Below the pieces are notes generated by a model, which was given only the letters and a program-made list of their open reading frames with translations, did not search any database and was not told where the DNA came from. Below are positions 57,924-62,059 of a stretch of DNA of 62,059 bases, piece by piece. Position 1 is the stretch's first letter. The number at the start of each line of letters is the position of its first letter. The stretch lies in contig CACKSF010000002.1 of NCBI GenBank assembly GCA_902602795.1, forward strand, positions 1-62,059, given 5' to 3'. Both the position numbers and the translations under genes were made by a program. Source of the DNA: an uncultured Fidelibacterota bacterium. Its GTDB lineage: Bacteria > Fidelibacterota > Marinisomatia > Marinisomatales > UBA1611.

Positions 57924-58665
57924 TTACTTTACGACAATATATTTTAAGCTTTGTCTATCTTCAACTGACTTTACAAAATTTGATGAATTATTCATTACTT
58001 CTTGTGTACCAGCATCTTGATATGCATAACCTCTAATCATGATTTCTACATTCAATCTATCTTGATCGAGGAAATTTTGATTTACAGTACTTATCTCTAG
58101 CTTACCTCTGTAAAATGGCTCTAAAGATTTTGCTATAATAATAACATCATTTGGATGGAAATATAGTCCAACTACGGCATAAATTGAATCAAGCATTTTG
58201 TTTTTATACGATTTTCTTAACTCGACCCAAGTAATCAAAGGAAACAACTCGATATCCAAGAACTGCAGCTCTATTTTATTCCTCAACAAATTCGATTTTT
58301 TTTTGAGGAAGTTTTAATAATCCATGTCTATAAAAAATATTATCTCCAAGAAAAAGACAAACTGAATCATTTACAATAAAATCTTTACCCAGTATAAATG
58401 CCTAAACAAGACTATCTGGTGAAGGCTGTACTTTGTAAGATATATTTACTCATAGTTTTTCACCATTCCCCATTAGTTGTTCAAATCTAGGAATATCAAC
58501 GGGAGTAAAAATAATTAAAATATCTTTGATTCATGCAAGCATAAATGTTGATATGGGATAATAAATCATTGGTTTATCATAAATCTGCAATAACTGCATA
58601 GATACTACTTTGGTAATTGGATATAATCTTTTTCCTCAACCTCCAGCTAACACAATCCCTTTCAT
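57924..58665 (-). pseudogene. rfbA: Glucose-1-phosphate thymidylyltransferase pseudogene (multiple nonsense mutations, frameshift, truncated 3' end)
   Basis: Manual minus-strand translation from the ATG at 58665 gives [108 protein letters not shown]...EE*. Homology then continues in another frame as the tracked ORF 57924..58289 (YAVVGLYFHP...GYAYQDAGT). This is strong collinear similarity to RmlA. Confidence 0.9.
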
Positions 58666-58667
58666 AA

Positions 58668-59714
58668 TTACATTACTCCTAGTCTTTCCTGCCTGTAAGT
58701 ATTTTGTAAAATTGCGCTCCACCAAGCTACATTATTAATGTACCACTGAATTGTTTTTTCTAATCCACTTTCAAAAGACTCTTTGGGAGACCAACCTAAT
58801 TTTGAATTTAATTTGCTTGCATCTATTGCATAACGAAAATCATGCCCTGGTCGATCTTGAACGAAATGTATTAATTTTTTATAAGATTCAGAATTACTTT
58901 CAGGAATTAAATTATCAAGAATATCACATATAGATTTGACCACATCAATATTTTTAATTTCATTGTTACCGCCTACATTATATGTCTGACCTATCTCACC
59001 CCTATCTAAAACTGTGGTTATAGCATCGCAATGATCTAAAACATATAACCAATCCCTGACATTATCTCCTTTTCCATATACTGGTAAAGGTTTTTTATTT
59101 ATAGCATTGATTATCATTAAGGGTATTAATTTTTCTGGGAATTGGTAAGGTCCGTAATTGTTTGAGCAATTTGTTATTAGTATCGGCAAATCATATGTTT
59201 TATTCCAGGCACGGACAAGATGATCTGAACTTGCTTTTGATGCTGAATATGGTGAACTGGGTGCATAGGGCGTATTTTCAAGAAACTTCCCATTATTGCC
59301 AAGCGATCCATAAACCTCATCTGTGGATACATGTAGAAACCTAAAATCCTTGTTTTTTGATTTAAAAACAAACTTTTTTGATTGCTCTAACAAATTAAGA
59401 GTACCTACGATATTAGTTTGTATAAACTTTGAAGGACCATCAATAGATCTATCAACGTGACTTTCAGCTGCAAAGTGAACAACAGATTGAAAATTGTATT
59501 TATTGAATAAAGTTTCTACTAAGCCTTTATCACAAATATCTCCTCTTACGAAAGTATATTTCTTGTTTGATATAGAAGCAAGATTCATCAAGTTTCCAGC
59601 ATAGGTTAGCTTATCAAGATTTAAAATATGTATAGATGAATCTTTTTGTAATACATATTGAATGAAATTTGACCCAATAAAACCACAACCACCTGTTACC
59701 AATATTGTTTTCAT
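58668..59714 (-). CDS. rfbB: dTDP-glucose 4,6-dehydratase
   Basis: 348 aa SDR (TGGCGFIGSNF, YSASKASSDHLVRAW). Confidence 0.95.
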   Translation of the reverse strand: MKTILVTGGCGFIGSNFIQYVLQKDSSIHILNLDKLTYAGNLMNLASISNKKYTFVRGDICDKGLVETLFNKYNFQSVVHFAAESHVDRSIDGPSKFIQTNIVGTLNLLEQSKKFVFKSKNKDFRFLHVSTDEVYGSLGNNGKFLENTPYAPSSPYSASKASSDHLVRAWNKTYDLPILITNCSNNYGPYQFPEKLIPLMIINAINKKPLPVYGKGDNVRDWLYVLDHCDAITTVLDRGEIGQTYNVGGNNEIKNIDVVKSICDILDNLIPESNSESYKKLIHFVQDRPGHDFRYAIDASKLNSKLGWSPKESFESGLEKTIQWYINNVAWWSAILQNTYRQERLGVM

Positions 59715-59715
59715 T

Positions 59716-60261
59716 TTAGTATTTAGGTAAATATTTTTGATCTTTTAAGTTAGGAAGACCATTATCCTTTTCAGATAGTATAGGTGATTTATTTCCCCAT
59801 TTAATACTCAAATCAGGATCATTCCATTTGATACCATGCTCATCTTTGAAATCATATATATTAGTACATTTATATAATACAGTTGAAAATTCAGATAATA
59901 CTAAATATCCATGTGCAAAACCTTCTGGAACGTAAAATATCTTCTTATTTTTTGATGAAAGTTCTACAAGATGATATTCCCCAAATGTGGGAGAACCAAC
60001 CCTAATATCTACAGCAACATCTAAAATAGAACCAAACACTACCTGAACTAATTTACCCTGGGGATTTTGTAATTGATAATGTAATCCTCTTAGTACATTT
60101 TTCTTTGATCTTACTTGATTATCTTGATAAAAATTATCAGGCAGTCCATTAGATTTAAAGACTGTAGACTTAAAAGTTTCAAAAAAAGTACCCCTTAAAT
60201 CATTATAAACTGATGGTCTAATAATTTTAACGTCTTCTAGCTCTGTTTCTTCAATTTTCAT
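59716..60261 (-). CDS. rfbC: dTDP-4-dehydrorhamnose 3,5-epimerase
   Basis: 181 aa cupin (DLRGTFFETF, LRGLHYQ, FYVPEGFAHGY). Confidence 0.94.
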   Translation of the reverse strand: MKIEETELEDVKIIRPSVYNDLRGTFFETFKSTVFKSNGLPDNFYQDNQVRSKKNVLRGLHYQLQNPQGKLVQVVFGSILDVAVDIRVGSPTFGEYHLVELSSKNKKIFYVPEGFAHGYLVLSEFSTVLYKCTNIYDFKDEHGIKWNDPDLSIKWGNKSPILSEKDNGLPNLKDQKYLPKY

Positions 60262-61573
60262 AAACTAAGTTATGTCCAACATTATCAAACAAAAAATTGT
60301 TTTGTTTTAATTTTTTCACATCTAGAATATTTCTTGTATCTAGGAGGATTGGCTTTCTCACTAAAGATTTTAAATGGCTTATACTAATTCCTCGAAATTC
60401 ATTCCATTCTGTCATTATAACAACACCATCTGCATCTTCACAAGCTTCTTCCCAAGAGTTTTTATAAGAAACATCAGGAAATATAATTTTCATTGAATCA
60501 TTTGCGACAGGGTCAAAAGCCTTAATTTTTCCGCCATATTCTTTAATATTTTTAATCATTTCTATCGAAGCTGATTCTCTAACATCATCAGTGTTTGGCT
60601 TAAAGGCAAGTCCTAGAATAGCAATAGTCTTATTTTCAAAATTACCACCAATTAGATTTTTTATTTTTTTTACCATTCTTAATTTTTGTGCATTATTTGT
60701 TTTAATGGCTGCTTCAATGGTTCTAATCTTATTATCATTTTTTCTTCCTAATGAAACAAATGCTTCAGTATCCTTAGGGAAACAAGAGCCTCCATAACCA
60801 GGACCTGGATGTAAAAACTTAGAACTTATCCTGCCATCTTGCCCCATCACTTTTGCCACTTGCTTGATATCAGCACCTAACGATTCACATAAATTAGCCA
60901 CTTCATTCATGTAGCTGATTTTTAATGCTAAAAATGCGTTAGATGCGTACTTTATCATCTCAGCTGTGGCTACAGTTGTATAAACTATTGGCTGTTTATT
61001 TTTAAAAAGTGGACCATATATTTCTTTCATTATATCAAAAGATTTTTTAGTCGATCCTCCAATTACAACTCGATCAGGCCAAAGAAAATCATTTAATGCT
61101 GATCCTTCCCTTAAAAACTCAGGATTAGATATATAATCAAAGGTAGCATCATTCTTTTTTGACTTATTTATTAAGTTAACAATTTTTTTACCTGATCCAA
61201 TAGGTACTGTACTTTTAGTACATATGACGGTATATGAATCTAAATATTTACCTATAGTTTTAGCTGCAGATTCAAAATACTTTAGATCTGCTTTACCATC
61301 CTTTCCCATTGGAGTTCCCACTGCAATGAAAATTACATCCGCATCTTTTATTGCAATTTCTGGATCATTAGTAAAAAAAAGTCTCCCCGCACTAGTATTC
61401 TTTTTTATTAATTCCTCTAATCCAGGCTCGTATATTGGGATATTTCCTTTTTTTAGAGATCTAATTTTTTTCTTGGATAAATCATAGCAGGTAACTTTAT
61501 GTCCAAAATCCGAAATACCTGTACCGCTAACAAGCCCTACGTAACCAGTGCCAATAAATGTAACATTTTTCAT
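60251..61573 (-). CDS. ugd: UDP-glucose 6-dehydrogenase
   Basis: 440 aa (GTGYVGLVSG, catalytic GGSCFPKD, C-terminal UDP-binding domain). Confidence 0.93.
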   Translation of the reverse strand: MKNVTFIGTGYVGLVSGTGISDFGHKVTCYDLSKKKIRSLKKGNIPIYEPGLEELIKKNTSAGRLFFTNDPEIAIKDADVIFIAVGTPMGKDGKADLKYFESAAKTIGKYLDSYTVICTKSTVPIGSGKKIVNLINKSKKNDATFDYISNPEFLREGSALNDFLWPDRVVIGGSTKKSFDIMKEIYGPLFKNKQPIVYTTVATAEMIKYASNAFLALKISYMNEVANLCESLGADIKQVAKVMGQDGRISSKFLHPGPGYGGSCFPKDTEAFVSLGRKNDNKIRTIEAAIKTNNAQKLRMVKKIKNLIGGNFENKTIAILGLAFKPNTDDVRESASIEMIKNIKEYGGKIKAFDPVANDSMKIIFPDVSYKNSWEEACEDADGVVIMTEWNEFRGISISHLKSLVRKPILLDTRNILDVKKLKQNNFLFDNVGHNLVYEN

Positions 61574-61586
61574 AAAATTCCTTTAT

Positions 61587-62059
61587 TTAAAATAATCCGA
61601 ACCGTCTTCTTAAAAACCATTCTGCAGAAACCAATATAATTAAAAAAATCGCTACTGCTATACTCTGTTTAAGGGTGAATCTTGTATTAATCGCTGTTCT
61701 CTCGATCTTTTTATCAATATTATTAATTAATTCTTCCCTATTATCCCAATAATTAAAAGTTCCATCTGTGTGCCTTGCCAATTTTTTTAAGGGTAGTTCA
61801 TTTAAAAAAACTTTATTTAATTCAATTTGGCTTTCCTGAACATGGATTTCTCCTTCACTTACAATCCTAGATTTTTCTTGGTCGAACATTTCTATCTTAT
61901 AATCCAATTTTCCCGCTTTAGAGGCCCAAAACTTCCCTTCATAATTTTTTTTATTCGAATCATAAAAAAGTTGTTTGGTATTTATTAAAGAATCATTACT
62001 ATAAACATGTATGTAACCTTCTGCATTATTTCTTGAATTAATAATTGGCTTACCAACGA
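61587..62059 (-). CDS. C-terminal part of a larger hypothetical protein with a C-terminal TM anchor (5' end outside the window)
   Basis: The reading frame is open from the window edge. Manual translation upstream of the tracked TTG at 61907 continues without a stop: ...VGKPIINSRNNAEGYIHVYSNDSLINTKQLFYDSNKKNYEGKFWASKAGK-LDYKIEMF.... It ends with the TM helix IAVAIFLIILVSAEWFLRRRFGLF. Confidence 0.5.
   Translation of the reverse strand, partial: VGKPIINSRNNAEGYIHVYSNDSLINTKQLFYDSNKKNYEGKFWASKAGKLDYKIEMFDQEKSRIVSEGEIHVQESQIELNKVFLNELPLKKLARHTDGTFNYWDNREELINNIDKKIERTAINTRFTLKQSIAVAIFLIILVSAEWFLRRRFGLF

Noticed and set aside
58263-58665. The in-frame TGA codons in the rfbA region aligning with Gly or the GGxG position, and the TAG with Gln, could hint at a gene acquired from, or read with, an alternative genetic code (UGA=Gly as in code 25; UAG=Gln).
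   Set aside because: The host clearly uses TGA as a stop (for example lysS at 2584-2586). The same region also contains in-frame TAA codons, a frameshift and a truncated 3' end. Every stop is one GC-to-AT substitution from the expected sense codon. Ordinary pseudogene decay is the simpler explanation.
1-62059. Short ORFs in the supplied track lying antisense to, or out of frame within, well-supported genes. Examples: 2451-2633, 3344-3559, 4001-4279, 5062-5295, 6181-6435, 6512-6775, 9385-9633, 16806-17231, 18696-19010, 25096-25365, 33792-34025, 41959-42189, 47011-47304, 49648-49995, 52519-52980, 59162-59371, 60591-60797, 61224-61487.
   Set aside because: Each is fully embedded in a longer ORF with strong family motifs. 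They have low-complexity or hydrophobic nonsense-like composition typical of AT-rich antisense frames, and none shows a recognisable motif.
1-62059. Looked for rRNA, tRNA, CRISPR repeats, IS elements/transposases, integrases, phage genes, toxin-antitoxin or known defence-system genes.
   Set aside because: None recognised. Intergenic space is too small (largest gaps 190, 151, 265 and 258 nt) and none of those gaps shows a tRNA-like cloverleaf or direct-repeat arrays by eye. A covariance-model scan would be needed to exclude small ncRNAs.

Overview
This is an AT-rich, tightly packed bacterial chromosome segment with many 1-20 nt gene overlaps and no rRNA, tRNA, CRISPR array, transposase or integrase that I could recognise. 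It has two parts.

(1) Core housekeeping and respiratory block, about 1-46.5 kb. It starts with prfB (5'-truncated, classic +1 frameshift site), lysS and a Lol-type permease. A roughly 33 kb run of minus-strand genes follows: cdaA, folP, ftsH, hpt, tilS, an archaeal-type (class II) GAPDH homolog, a methylmalonyl-CoA-mutase catalytic subunit, dxs, pdxT, pdxS, ispH, nrnA, a PduO-type adenosyltransferase, an ArsB/NhaD-type permease, apbE, nqrFEDCBA and an 11-gene nuo cluster (nuoNMLKJIHDCBA). The nuo cluster has no nuoEFG, and its last gene stops 15 nt before nqrA. After that come a small plus-strand islet (proline dehydrogenase, CoA-binding protein, PhyH dioxygenase), then nadK, xseBA, an untracked 31-aa bS22-like ORF, HU, an MltD-like lytic transglycosylase, hldC/rfaE-II, plsC and serS.

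(2) Surface-polysaccharide island, about 46.7-61.6 kb, visibly even more AT-rich. It encodes Wza-like export, a Wzz protein with an N-terminal HTH-like module, Wzx, Wzy, GT4, DUF354, a divergent phosphoglycosyl transferase and a secreted/outer-membrane protein. These converge on ugd-rfbC-rfbB and a clearly decayed rfbA pseudogene.

The points most worth follow-up are the contiguous nuo(11)-nqr respiratory supercluster with an extended NuoC, the HTH-Wzz fusion, the archaeal-type GAPDH homolog next to an orphan mutase subunit, the bS22-like micro-ORF, and the rfbA pseudogene. All functional calls rest on motif and family recognition by eye from the translations; no database search was run.
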